DNA from: Eledone cirrhosa
Lineage: Eukaryota
DNA: 64,000 nt
Direction: 5' to 3'
Assembly (NCBI GenBank): GCA_964016885.1
Contig: OZ024741.1
Span: 309,690,001 to 309,754,000 of the forward strand
Shown here: positions 1-13,500 of the stretch, in pieces
Layout: each line of letters opens with the position of its first letter
Numbering within the stretch: position 1 is the stretch's first letter
Position numbers and translations under genes: made by a program
The notes under the pieces: model-generated
Seen by the model: only the letters and a program-made list of their open reading frames with translations
Told to the model about the DNA's origin: nothing
The model's database searches: none

Positions 1-1759
1 TGATGAAGAGACCGCTGGATAGAACTCGTCCATGGATCTCGGGAATCCCCCACCCCTCCTAGATATACACAAATATATAGAAGGGAAAGCAGACATTAAA
101 TTGACAATGATAATGATGGTGATATATATATATATATTATATATATGTGCGTGTGTTGCAGCATTGAGGCTACCAGGATATGTCCTGATTTTATGATCCG
201 CTCTGTAGCACGATTTGTGATGCTGTTGTACCCAGCGACAGTGATGAGGGTGGCGGGTGTTGATGATTTTGATAGTGGTAGTGATTGTTGCAGTAATGAT
301 GGTGGTGTTAGTGATAGTGATTGGTATGAATCAATATTTTTGTAAGGTGCAGAAGAAGTGGAAGAGGAGGAGGAAGAAAAAAGAGTGACGGTGAAGTGGG
401 AGGGAGAAAGGTTCACGATGACCATCTATTAGAATTGTTAGTATAACTCATTACATAATGAAAACCACGATCACCACAGGGGGGTAGGGGGGTAGCAGTG
501 ATGATGGTGGTGGAGATGAAAGGAGTGATAGTGTGGGAAGAGGGGCTCAGAATTGGAAGGCAGTTGAGAAGACAGATGTGATTTCTGCTTATTCTGTTGT
601 TATTTAGCACCAAGTCAACCCTAATCGAACAGACCTATCATCAAAAGCCTTCTACGTGAGGAGTATGAGTAACTACATTATCTAATGTAATCCTTGTTTA
701 TATAAGATGATGGGAGAGGGGTTGATTTGAAGGAAATTTGGCTGATATTTCTAGTAGATGGACTAACCAATGAGGTTCACTTGTTTGTTGTATAGCCCCA
801 AGTCAACTCTGATTAGGCAGATGAATGATCAAAGATTTCCAGTCATGAAGACTATGTCTTTATCTTATGTGTCTCTTCTTATTCAAGAATAGTGGACTCA
901 TGCCATCAATAATGATAGCAATAACTTTGAACATTTTTAATTTTAGGAGTTCAGGATTGGTATGCCATGTATAGCAAGATTGCTGATCTATGAACAATCA
1001 TACAACAAACACAAGCTTTTTAAAGTCATTTTCTCCAATAAAGCATAGGTTAGCCTGGTGAGCCCCATGACATGGGGACCTTTGTGAGGCAAGGTTTTAC
1101 AGCTGGATGTCTTTCCTAGTGCCTCTCATGGCATGCAGGAATATGTTTAACAAAGGGTATTTTTTGAGAAATTGTTAGATGGGATTAACATGATTGTTAG
1201 ATGTAATAACATGGTTGTTGTTGAAATAACAAGAATGGCCGATTTAGTTTATATATAAAGGTTTACTTCACTTGAGTCAAAAAGAACAATAAACATATTA
1301 CCACGAGTTGCAAAGGTTGACAATGTTATTTTTGTTGTTGGTTCATGAGGCTGATTTAGTCTGCACTAAGAGAGAGAGATAATGGTCTGTAGTTTACTGT
1401 AGATAGCGGTGAATCCTTCACATAGCTGGTCTGTATCGTAGTGCTCCGATCTCTCTGTATTTCTGTAGACCTCTGGGGCCTGAAGGTAGCGGTGAATCTT
1501 TACATAGTTTGTTGCTAGCGTAATGCTCCAATCTCTCTGTGTGTAAGGTGGGAAAATATAGGCTTTATATACCTGTCGCTTTCTGTCTCCCACCTTGAGG
1601 GGATAGCCCATGCATGAACCTGTTAACACCAAAAGGGTGGTGACCTAGAATTTGAACTTTAGGTGTCACCCAAGGTTCAAGGCATGGACAGATTTCACTA
1701 CATATGTATTATTGCATACCACCAAAGATCTCAATCCTATGTCATTGTCTTTGAGAGGT

Positions 1760-1975
1760 GCATTCGTGCAACGTCAGCTTTTACCACATCATCCCAGGTC
1801 TTCCTACTCCACAGCTTTCATCAACTTTGATCACCCTGTACTTTTTTATAGAGCTGTCATCCTTCATACTCATCACATGGCCATACCAATGCAATCTTCT
1901 CTTCTGCATACTGCATCTGATCCCTCTTATGCCCAATGTCTCTTTCAGTTCATTTACGCTTGCCATTCGTATTGG
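1760..1975 (-). mobile_element. RTE LINE 3' coding fragment (degenerate)
   Basis: ORF 1781-1966 reads SVNELKETLGIRGIRC...RRLHWYGHVMSM...GRP..W, matching the C-terminus of the intact RTE ORF at 30401-33631. Confidence 0.85.
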
Positions 1976-3719
1976 TACTCTTAATATTAATATCTACAAA
2001 TGACATACAGGATTTAATGTATGGGTAACTTTGGATAAATAACTTTTTACAGGGACAAGCATAAGGTTAGAACTTGGGACCTTGTGATTGGAAGATGAAC
2101 CTCTTATTGTAGCAATATGACTGATATAGGAAATACATTGTGTGTATGTAAATTTTAAAGAGTTGCAGATAGATATATATACATAATATATGTGACATAT
2201 TATTATGGTTGAATGTTAAGATGATTGGACAGAGATGTAGCTGCTATTTCTGGAAGGTCAAATAACCCTATAGAGATTCCTTTGCTGGTTTTGTTGTTGT
2301 TTAGCCCCTGGTCAAATTTGATTGGGCAGATGTATTCTCAAAGGGATTCCCACCATGATCATCATCTCTTTTTCCTATACCAACCCTGGACTAAATTATC
2401 CAATATGTCCTTTATTTTTTAAAACAGTAGAGTGTGATGTGGGGGAGATTTGGATGCTATTTCTAGCAGATTCAGTGACCATGTAGAGGTTGGCTTGTTG
2501 TTGTTGGTGGTGGTATGTCATTGGGTTTGTCTCTCTACTAGGGGATGAAAGAGTAAAGGGACTATGACGCTATGCAAAGACCCCTACCTCCCTCGTTGCC
2601 TGGACAAAGCATCATGGGATATGTATGTTCCAGTGCAGTTCTGCTTTTCCGATATTCACCTGAACTAGATCATAGCTTAGGTTCAGGTCATTTGGTGTTA
2701 AGAGACTGTATATCTGTATACGTGCAGTAGGGTCTTTTATTTTTTTATTCAATTTTTTTTGCAGCCATCTTTGTTCTTGGAGTTTCTATATTTGATTAAA
2801 TTTTTTTTTAGTGAAAAATAAAACAAAAAAAGGTTGTGGTGGAGGGAAGAAAGAGGTCGAAATATTTACATATCCTTCTTTCCCTGTTCACTCTTTCTTT
2901 TGTTATTTCAGTAGCACTTCTTCTAAGCATTTCTGGACCCCTACCCTACTGTCCACACATATACTCACACATACACAGATAGGTACCTCATGTCCTCGCC
3001 TACCCCTCTCCTCTAACCATTTGTTGCTTATTTTCTTTTTTTATTTTATTTTCTGGTTTGTTTAATTATGTTCTTATTTTTGTAAAGTAAGGATTTTTGC
3101 ATTTTGCTAGGGTGCAGTTTTTATTTTATTTTATTTTTGCCATTTTTTCTCCTTTTTTTTTGGGGGGGGGGGGGGGGGGGGGGCTTTTTCGGATAGGCGT
3201 TGTGGGAGCTCTTATATTATTTTGTTGTTGTTATTGTTGTCCTGCTCTCCCACCACCACCATCACCTCCACCCCTTCACGACTCTTTGCTGTAGATGAAG
3301 AGATGGTGTGGAGGCGACTCGACGCGAGACATGGGCTATGTTGTTTAGTGCAAAATTTTAGCTCAAGAATTTGTCAATCTCTGTCTATCTCTGTCTGTCT
3401 GTCGGTTTGTCCACCAGTGTCTCTTGTCAACTTCACAAGATAGTATCATTAGTCTACAGTTGATTTTTCACCATTGAGCATCTTGGATACTTTCGTTCCT
3501 GTGAAACCCTTAGCTACAACCACAACCATAATTACAACATATTAAAGGGACCAACACTAAAAGGTAACAAAAACTTCAGAGTATTTTATATCACAACTCA
3601 TATAATATGATATTAATATTTCAATGAACCTCTATTGATTTTCACGATGAGTTGTTTCATAAATGGAACAGCCTCCTTGTGAAAGTGGCTGAGCATTCCA
3701 TAGACACGTGTTCCCTTAA

Positions 3720-3940
3720 CCCATTACCATTTACATTACTCTATATATACTATTATATTTTCACAGAGAAGGCTTTATCTCACATAATTATCTCACATAA
3801 TATCGAATCTACGAGATTTTGATATTATTTATTTTTATAACATTACCTTAACATCAGTATGAGTGGCTGGTTACAGCTGGTTTGAACAGAAAGAGGTGAG
3901 AGAATTCTGGCCAGATACAGCCAGTTTAAATGCTAATGGG
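3720..3940. mobile_element. TTAA-flanked piggyBac-like MITE, family 1, nested in another repeat
   Basis: TTAA at 3716-3719 and 3941-3944; imperfect TIR CCCATTACCATTTA/TAAATGCTAATGGG; homologous to 46256-46445. Confidence 0.75.
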
Positions 3941-5038
3941 TTAATGTTATCCTCAGGGAGATTCAGTGTTTGTGACAAGGCTGCTCCTTTGAATTACAGA
4001 TACAGTCTATCTGACTGAAGTTATTTTAAATGACACTTGCCCAAGATACCATGCAGTGGGATCAAACCTGGGACATAATGATTCCGAAACAAAACTTCTT
4101 AACCATTCAGACATGCTGTATCCACCATTGCATATAATATATACAATGGTATATAGATGCAGGCATGACTGTGAGGTTAAGGAGTGGATTCTTGATCACA
4201 TGCTTCTAGGTTCAGGTCCATTGTGTAGCACCATGGGCAAGTGTCTTCTACTATAGCTTTGGGTTGAGTAATGCCTTGTGAGTGGAATTTGGTAGACAAA
4301 AACTGAAGCCCTTCATATATATATCATCAACACATCATCACCGTTTTACGTCCATTCTTCCATGCTAGCATGGGTTGTCCTGATGTGGGCAATATCAGGT
4401 CAGATGACCATGTCTTGCTCATACAGAATTGATTTTGGCTTCATTTTTACAGCTGGATGCCCTTCCTAACACCAACCTCATTTACAGTGAGTACAGGGTG
4501 CTTTTTTACCATGGCGCCTACATGACCACTTTACAGTGTGGACTGGGTGATTTTTGTCATGTCACCTACACAACCACTTTACAGTGGGAGGGGGTGGGGC
4601 ATATATATAAGCATGTGAGTCTGTGTTTACATTTGTGCCTGTGGTTATGTCCCATAACTCAGTGGTTCAACAAAAAAGAGATTGAAAAAATGTCTTGGAG
4701 CTAATATGGTTAACTGAAATCCTTTTAAGTCAGTGTTCCAGTATGGCAAGAGACTAGTGGCTGAAACCAGTAAATTAATAAATTAATGGTTTGTCCAAAT
4801 TATACCATAATCATCACACATCATCATTTTCATCATCATCATCTTCATCATCATCATTGTCATGTTTATTTTTCTATGTTGACATAGGTTGGATGAGTCT
4901 CTCTGAGGCAGTATTCTAAAGCCAGATCACTCCCTGACACCAACCCATTACCACATACACACAGACACACACACACACAGGGTCTGAGTCCCACACAGAC
5001 GCATTTACATACAAACACGTACACGACGACCTCAGGCT

Positions 5039-5424
5039 TTAACTCTTAATATACTGCACCACATAAAATCACATAAGCAAAACATTCTTGAAAAGTATAA
5101 AACAATACGATGACTGCATCACATGAAAAAATTAAAGTCCATATTCTAATATTGCAAATTTTCGCAACAATTCTCTGTCTCTTAGCAGAGATATACTATA
5201 AACATTTGAATGAAGAAACCACGTGAAACCTCATTAGCACGACATTCTCCAAAAAGTACAAAACAACACTATAATCACATCACATTAAAAATTAAAATCT
5301 TTACTCCAATATTCCAAATTTTCATAATGATCTATCCACTTGTAAAGATACTATAAACATTTGAATTAACAAACTAGTTGATTAGACATTTTCTACTAAA
5401 TTATTGCAAGATGTTAAGAGTTAA
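5039..5424. mobile_element. TTAA-flanked MITE, family 3 (other copies ~7198-7431, ~12436-12663, ~42542-42764)
   Basis: Ends TTAACTCTTAA...TTAAGAGTTAA; internal motif ATTCTTGAAAAGTATAAA...GACTGCATCACAT recurs at the other loci. Confidence 0.65.
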
Positions 5425-5799
5425 GTCAGTGCAAAAAATAGGGGGTTGGGGTTAACTCAATAGAAATTTTACAACCACTGTTGTAGGTGTAGAGTGTGAG
5501 AATGTAGACGATAAAGAGGGAGAGAGAAAGCGAAAGAAAGAGCAAAAATGGGGGACAAATTAAAGTTTACATGTGTGGTGAAAGAAGTAAAGAATGCAGA
5601 AATGAGTGTAAGAGTGATAGGGAGAGAACATGAGATGGGGGAAAGTATATCTCCTCTTCCACTACTCCTAATCTTTCCTTCTTACTTTCTTTACCATCCT
5701 GCACATCTTCCAGGACAAGTCAATAGTAGAGGACTAGTGCACCTTTTTGTGTGTCTATGTGTGAGGGCTTGTGTTAGTTTGTATATATGTGTAAGTACA

Positions 5800-5989
5800 T
5801 GTGCTATTTTATGTATATATATATATATATGTGTGTGTGTATATGTATATATATGTTTATGTGTATGTACAGGTGTTATTTTATGCATGTATATATATGT
5901 ACATATATATGTAAGTATATGTGTGAGTGTGTGTTTATGTGTAAGTACAGGTGCTGCTATCATCATAATCACTGATATATATATATATA

Positions 5990-6023
<34 letters not shown>

Positions 6024-6125
6024 TATATATATATATATATGTATGTATGTATGTATATATATATATATGTATGTATATGTATGTATATATATATATATGT
6101 ATATGTATGTATATATATACATATG

Positions 6126-6172
<47 letters not shown>

Positions 6173-6197
6173 ATATATATTGTATATATATATATAT
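5800..6197. repeat. (TA)n/(TG)n compound microsatellite
   Basis: Seen directly; produces spurious YIYI ORFs. Confidence 0.95.
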
Positions 6198-6520
6198 GAA
6201 GGCACATGGCTTAGTGGTTAGAGCATTGGGCTTGCAATCGAAAGACCGGGTGATGTGTTGTTTCCTTGAGCAAGACACTTTATTTCACATTGCTCCAGTT
6301 TACTCAGCTGTAGAAATGAGATGATAGGGACCCCAGTCCCTATCATTATACTGCAAAGTGGACGTGGAGGTGTCACGGCAAAAAGCACCCAGCACTCACT
6401 GTAAATGAGGTTGGTGTTAGGAAGGGCATCCAGCTGTAGAAATCAAGCCAGAATCAGTTCCCGTCCCACCCTTGCAAGCAGGGAAAAGTGGACGTAAAAT
6501 GATGATGATGATGATGATGA
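6198..6520 (+). mobile_element. SINE family A copy (B-box region deleted)
   Basis: tRNA-like head GGCACATGGCTTAGTGGTTAGAGC, CORE-like middle, RTE-type tail ending in (GAT)n; near-identical to 18419-18747. Confidence 0.85.
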
Positions 6521-6567
6521 TATATCTATGTATATATATATATACATATACATATATATACATATAC

Positions 6568-6613
<46 letters not shown>

Positions 6614-7565
6614 GTATATATATATATGTTTGTGTGTGTCTATATACGTGTGTGTGTGTTTATTCTTAGTCAGCTGTTTACTTAAACCTATGTTATTTGG
6701 CAAAAGAAAGATGACAAATACAAGAAATCTAATTATTGTCTTCTCCCCCTTGTCCACTTCTTCCTCTTTACATTTCAAATCTCTCTCTATATTTCTCCCC
6801 TTTCTCACACTCCTTTTACATCTCTCTCTCTCTCTCTCCCTTTACTTGCTCTCCTCTTTTTATCTCTTCTCTCCTCTCTCTTTAGCTCTCTCCCACTCCC
6901 TTTCTCTATCTCTCTTCTCACTTGTTCTATCTATGCGTTTCTTTACTTTAACTTCTTGCTCTTTCATTTTATTTAATTCTCTCATTTTCATCTTTCTCTC
7001 AACATTACATACGTACCTACCTACCTACATACATACATACATACATACACACACACATACATACATACATAACGCACATATATTTATTCCTCTTTTTCCA
7101 TTTATAATACAACTGTCCCAATCATGCACACACATTTTTTTACTTATTTAATTTCTCTTTTATAACATATTCTGTTGTTGATTTGGACTTGATTCCCTTA
7201 ACTCGTAGTGTGTTGTACCACATGAAACCACATTGGCAAGACATTCTTGAAAAGTATAAACAATGCTGTGACTGCATCACATTAAAAATTGAAGTAATTA
7301 TTTTAATTTACTGCAAATGTTTACAATGACCTGACCTGTCCACTATGAAATATACTATAAACTTTTGAATTAACAAATTTGTTTTTAGATATTTTTCTGC
7401 TAAATCATTACAGGATGTAATGAGGAGTTAAATGGGTCCTCTAAACACATGCTGCCATTGAAAAAAAAATGAAGGAAGAAATTTTCACTCTAAAATACTA
7501 ACTTCTTCAGTTAATTTTCATTATGAAAAATTGGTATAATCATTAGAGCATTGGGCAGAATACTT

Positions 7566-7909
7566 TCATCATTCATCATCATTTCATTTTACGTCCGCTT
7601 TTTCCCTGCTTGCAAGGGTGGGACGGGAACTGATTCTGGCTTGATTTCTACAGCTGGATGCCCTTCCTAACACCAACCTCATTTACAGTGAGTGCTGGGT
7701 GCTTTTTTGCCGTGGCACCTCCACGACCACTTTGCAGTGGAATGATAGGGACTGGGGTCCCTATCATCTCATTTCTACAGCTGAGTAAACTGGAGCAATG
7801 TGAAATAAAGTGTCTTGCTCAAGTAAACAACACATCACCCGGTCTGAGAATTGAACTCACAACCTTTCGATTGCAAGGCCAATGCTCTAACCACTAAGCC
7901 ATGTGCTTT
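7566..7909 (-). mobile_element. SINE family A, full length
   Basis: Reverse complement of the 18419-18747 element, including head, middle and (ATG)n tail. Confidence 0.88.
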
Positions 7910-8091
7910 GTAGTATTCAATTTTAAATCTTTATGTTCTGAGTTTAAACATTGCCAAAGCTAACTTTGTCTTTCATCTTTCTTGGGTCTATAAAATAAAG
8001 TACCAGTCATATACTGAGGTTGATATAATCAACCCTTCCCCCAAATTGCTGGCATTGTGTCTATATTAGAAAGCATTATTATTACTCTCAT

Positions 8092-8290
8092 CAGGGCGGT
8101 GGATTGGCAGTATCGGTAGAGGGTCAGACACCATGCTTTGAAGCATAGAGTTACGTCCCTTTATGATCTGAGTTCAAATCCCACCGAGGTTAACTTTGCC
8201 TTTCATCCTTACGGGGTCGATAAAATAAAGTACCAGTAATGCACTGGGTAATTGCTGGCCTTGTGCCAAAAAGTAGAAACAATTATTATT
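8092..8290 (+). mobile_element. SINE family B (copies ~17549-17737 -, ~43470-43620 -, ~48775-48953 +, ~58730-58940 -, ~63677-63853 -)
   Basis: A-box-like TGGCAGTATCGG, B-box GAGTTCAAATCC, conserved middle CTTTGCCTTTCATCC...GGGGTCGATAAAATAAAGTACCAG (resembles a Nin/Sauria-type SINE domain, from memory), (ATT)n tail. Confidence 0.8.
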
Positions 8291-9395
8291 ACTATCATTA
8301 GTCATATTTTCACTATGTATCTGTAAAGCTGTATCTTGGACCATATCATGGCTGTCACATGCCTATATGCATGGCGTCTATGAAGCTGTGTCCATGTGGA
8401 GTTATGCAGTTGTTATCACATGCTTATATACATGGTTTCTGTAAAGCTATGTAAATGTGGGGGGGGGGGGCATGTATCAGCCATTGTTGTTGTTTAGCCC
8501 TAGTTTAAACTAATCAACCATCAAACCCATCAACACAAACACATATACATACATACACACATGTATATGACACCGAATCACAAACAAATCCTCTAACCCT
8601 CATATCACTACCCTGACCTACATAAAGCTATATAAAACATTCTAGGATACAGCCTCCACAGGATACAGCCAGATGAAGCAACTAAGCTGAAACTTTAAAA
8701 TCACTGCCACTTTTCTACTTAGAAATTATATTTCTACACTCTACCCACCAGTATTGAGTGCTCATTCAGTTAACATTTAAATGTTTTAAATATTATAGTA
8801 TTTTAAGCACTAATTCTAATCATCATAATCATCATCATCACATCTGTTTTTCCATGTTTGCATGAGCTGGACAGGTTCTTTTCAGCACAGCATCTCTCCA
8901 CTCACCACCTCTGCCGAGGTCTTCCTTGGTCTACCTCTACTGCAGCTTCTTTCCAAGATTTCTATTACATATTTTATATGAGCATTTTGTTATGTTACAA
9001 ATACCATCTTAATGAAATTATAATTTTAGTAAATTCTTTCAAAATTCGTCATTAATTAAATAAATTACAAAGTATATCATTAGAAATGTGGTAATGAAAA
9101 GGTTAATATTTATATATAAAATAGTTTCCATCTTGTTCAAACTTTAAAAGTCTTCATTTTTCTCTCTGATATATTTTACAGGATTCTTATTCTGGGCCAA
9201 AATGACACTGTGAAAATCTGTTCAATAATAAATAAAAACTTACCAAAATAGAAAGCAGAATATTTCTTTTAAAAAATTAATAAAAGAGGCATTTGTGAAG
9301 AATTAAAAGAAGAAAGAAACATAAATTATGACTTAAAAGAAACAAACAATAAAAAGATAAAATTCAAAAGGTGATTTAAAAAAAGTTTTACAACA

Positions 9396-10565
9396 ATGGA
9401 GAATCTGAACTTGTTATCATTGGTCTATTTTCTGGTCCCAGTAATCCTCATTTTACTTATTTTTCTGGGAAATATCATGGTTATTGTATGTATCCTTCAC
9501 AGCAAACAGCTCCACACTGCTACATATATCACGATACTCATTCTAGCATGCTTTGACATTACTCTAGCATGTTGCCTGCCATTTGCAGTCATGGAGTCTT
9601 ACCATCCCCTTTATTTAGTCTCCAACCAAATGTTGATAAATATGTCTGGAGCTTCCCTCAGTGCACAGAGCTTGATAGCTTTCAATCGATTCCAGACCCT
9701 ATCAAAGCCACTTTCCTACAAAGCCAATGTTACAATAAAAAAGACTCTCTACCTGACTGCACTCACATTTCTCTATTGTACTGTAGTAGCATGGACACCA
9801 TTTCTTATTGAATGGCAAACAAATGAACTTCTTATATTCAATGATAATATTTCTCTCCTCCAAGTCATCTTGAAAAATACATATGCACTGTTTTTCGTTG
9901 CTGTTTTTATTCCAGTATGTCTTGTGACATTTTTCTGCTACTATAAGATATTTGGTATTGCAAAACGCCACAGTGAGATGATAGCAGCTCTGGAGATTTC
10001 GTTGAATCACAACAGCAGCTTAGCAGGTAAAGAGACAAAATACACTAAAACAATTACTTGCATTATTTGTGCATTTCTCCTTTGGTTTCCTTTTCAAATG
10101 TGTGTGGTCTTTGAAAATGCAACTGATTTGAGGACAATGAAGAGGTTTCGGACCGGTCTTCTTTATTTAGCCATTTTCAATTGCATCTTGAATCCATGGA
10201 TCTATTCTTTCAATAACTCACAATTTCGCTCTGCATGGAAAGTCATCTGCAAGAATATCTATGAGCAGTGTTTGACACACAAAAGACAGATAATTAATGA
10301 GGTCATCAAAAAACCTATACACAGCACTACTCTTCCTTCATTCACCATACTACCAGTTTATCAAAACAAAATTCAAAATTGTTGCTATGAGTATGAAGCA
10401 TTTCTTCATTCAATTCACAAGAAAAGGAAAACCTGCTTCTTCTGTCCAATACTAAATTTACCACAAACCAAAATCACACAGGTTGGCACACAAAAATCAC
10501 ATTTCTCAAGTCAGAAACTTTTCCATATTCCAAATACAACACACAAGGATAACTATGTAACATGA
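9396..10565 (+). CDS. Class A (rhodopsin-like) orphan GPCR, 389 aa, single coding exon
   Basis: Seven hydrophobic segments with GN (TM1), LACFD (TM2), IAFNRF (DRY variant), W.P (TM4), P..CYYKI (TM5), FLLWFP (TM6), NPWIY (TM7) and helix-8 FR; ACAATGG start; splice acceptor TTTTACAG ending 9181; AATAAA at 10630. Confidence 0.93.
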   Translation: MENLNLLSLVYFLVPVILILLIFLGNIMVIVCILHSKQLHTATYITILILACFDITLACCLPFAVMESYHPLYLVSNQMLINMSGASLSAQSLIAFNRFQTLSKPLSYKANVTIKKTLYLTALTFLYCTVVAWTPFLIEWQTNELLIFNDNISLLQVILKNTYALFFVAVFIPVCLVTFFCYYKIFGIAKRHSEMIAALEISLNHNSSLAGKETKYTKTITCIICAFLLWFPFQMCVVFENATDLRTMKRFRTGLLYLAIFNCILNPWIYSFNNSQFRSAWKVICKNIYEQCLTHKRQIINEVIKKPIHSTTLPSFTILPVYQNKIQNCCYEYEAFLHSIHKKRKTCFFCPILNLPQTKITQVGTQKSHFSSQKLFHIPNTTHKDNYVT

Positions 10566-13500
10566 ATTTGCTGGAGATGTTGGAAAATTTGAAACTAAAA
10601 CAGCAACAAGATAGAAAGTCAATTTGTGTAATAAAGACACTAACTGCTGAACTCCTGAAATTACATTTTTTTTTTTAATTCAAGCTGAAAATTCAACCCT
10701 CAGTACTTGACTATAAATCCCACAATGAAGAAAGGCAAATTTAACCTTGATGGAATTTGAACTCAGAATGTAAAGAATCGAAATATATATAGCAGGATAT
10801 TTTCTCTGATGCTCTAACAATTCTGCCAATCCACAATCCATAAATTTGTTTTTACTTGTTTCAGCAGCCATGCTGGAGCACCACCTTAATGGAAGCTAAA
10901 TGATCATATCAAAACATCTTACCCTCCAGTTCATATTTTTTCAAGCCTGGTACATATTTTATTGATCTCTTTTTTTTTTGCAACTGCTAACTTACGGGAC
11001 ATTAAAATACAGTAAACATAAACACACACATATATATGTATATGACGGACTTCCACACAGTTTCTGTTTACAAAATTGCACTGCCAAAGCGTTGATCAAC
11101 CCAAGGTATCACACAATGGAACTGAGCCTAAAACAACATAGTTGAAAAGCAAACTTAACCATACAGCCATATATCAATAACAACATTAATAATAATAATG
11201 GTAGTGGTGGTGGTGGTGGTGGTGGGAACAGTGTTAATGAATTACTTTACCTAAGTACAAGGATCTATTCTAAGAGGGAGGAATGTAGTTGTATTGTAAG
11301 AACAGGCTAATTTAATATCTTAATTAAACTTGTATTAAATCTAGTATGGAGGAATGAAGGAAAAGCAACATCAACTACTGTGTGTAAAATTACAGCAACA
11401 ATGACAATAACTACTGCAACAACACCAGCAGCATTAAACATTGAGATACTATTTAACAGTGTGAGTATGTGTCTGTGAAACATACATTTACACCAGGTCC
11501 AAACACAAAGGAACCAAACTCCCACTGTCACTTCTTCCGTCTCTCCTGCTCTCCCCATCTCTCACTATTATGAGCAAATGGGGGCCCACATGCTGGCCGC
11601 TCCGTGGCTCTAGTGGACAGAATAGAGGTGTTTCCCTGGAAGATGGTGAGGGAGACGCACTGGTTAGCTGTCAATTTCACGTTTATTTTTTTAACAATTA
11701 AGGAATACTCCACTGACGTTGGCATTGCAGCATTTGATCCTATGAAACAGAGCATATTACTCAACTTTCCTTTCATTATCTATTGGTTGCCAACAGAGGT
11801 AGCATAGTCATGGCATCACCATGACAACATTTCCAATATTTACATGTGAGACTTTTTTCCTTTTTTTTTTTTTTGCAGATATAATGATGTATCTAATATG
11901 TCTTGCCTTTTTAAGATGGTATGAGTGAAGGCACATGGCTAAGTGTTTAGGATGTTTGGTTCACCATTGCAAAGTTGTGAATTTGATTTTTGGCAATCAT
12001 TGTATTTGAGTAAGGCACTTTATTTCATGTTGCTCTAATCCACTCAGTTGGAAAAAAAGGAGTTGTACCATTAATTTAACAGGCCAGCCTTGTTACACAT
12101 TGTGTCAAGCTAAATTTTCCTGAGAACTTTATTAATGATGCATATGTTTGTGGAATGCTGAACCATCTGTATGTTAATTTTACAAGCATGCTGTGCCATT
12201 GTTAGAACAACTGGAACACTTGTTGTTGGAACCAACAGAGGTCCAACACAGAATGGTAGAATGTGTAAATTGAGGGAGATTTGGTTGTTATTTCTAACAA
12301 ATTATGCTACTGCATAGAGATTCCCTCCTTGGCTTGTTTAATAGTCCATGGTCTAATGTTCAACACATGACCAAATGGTCCAATAGGGAGACATTGTTGG
12401 AAGGGATTATCTGTTAATCTCTCTGTTAAGTTGTATAACTCTTTAAGTCCTGTAGCACACAAAACCATATTAGCAAGACATTCTTGAAAAGTATAAAGCA
12501 GCACTATGACTGCATCACATTAGAAATTAAAATCTTTACTTTAATTTACTGCAAATTTCATAATGACTTATCTACTAGTTAAGATACTACAAGCATTCGA
12601 ATTAAAAAATAATTTTTTTTATAAATATTTTTGGCTAAATCTTTGCAGGATGCTAAGAGTTAATACATGTCTATGTGTATATATATTTATAACTATTTTC
12701 CTGAGTGCATGTTACTAAATGACCATGTTTGTGTAACTATGTCACTGTGTGTATATATATGTTAGTGACTATATGCCTCTTTGTGAGGTGTGTGTGTGCA
12801 ACTATGTGACTTTGTGTTTGTATAACTTTGTCGCTGTGCATATGTGTATCTGTGTGACTGTATACATATGTTTGCAACTAGTTTCCCCTGTGTGTGTGTG
12901 TCCTGTTATTGTTTAACTCTAAGTCAGCTCTAGTTAAGAAGACATTAACGAAAAACAATGAAGCCATGATGCTCCATTCTATTCTTTTAGTTATTATCTA
13001 TCTAGCATTACATTGTCCAGTGTGTCCATTTTCTGTCAGGTAGTAAGGTGTTATTTCAGGGAGACTTTGCTGTTAGTTTTAGCACATTGAGTGACCACAT
13101 AGTGGCTTACTCAGTGGCTTGTGTGTGAGAATATGTGTATGAATGTGTATGTATGAGAAAAATATAGACATACATACATACAAGAGTTCAAAGTGTATTT
13201 CTCTGTGTAACATGGTTTCTAATTTAGGCACAAGGCCAATAGTTTAGGCAAAGGGAAAAGTTAGGGGAGGGGGGTTATTCCAGTACTTGAATGGTACTTT
13301 ATTTTTACTGAGATTGGAAGGATGAAAGGTTGACTTTGGTAGGATTTAAACTCAGAATGTAAAGAGCTGAAACAAATACTACATATCATTTGTCTGAAGC
13401 TCTAATGATTTTGTTAATCCACCCCCCTTTTTGAAACTGCTCTAGTTTTATGATACAAACATCCTCATTTAAAAATATTTATGAACCCTTCCATCAGAAT

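Noticed and set aside
1-60. HHR-like TGATGA plus hairpin at the window edge
   Set aside because: GAAA is replaced by GGAA, there is no valid stem III or cleavage triplet, and stem I lies outside the window.
1366-1632. 88-aa ORF with an imperfect ~86-bp internal duplication
   Set aside because: No recognisable protein and no convincing splice pair; probably a local duplication or TE relic.
5548-7151. 258-aa and 207-aa ORFs
   Set aside because: Stop-free microsatellite translations (YIYI/CV).
8665-8705. CAGATGA-AGC..GCT-GAAAC hammerhead-like motif
   Set aside because: U4A core change and no stem III or stem I; at most a dead relic.
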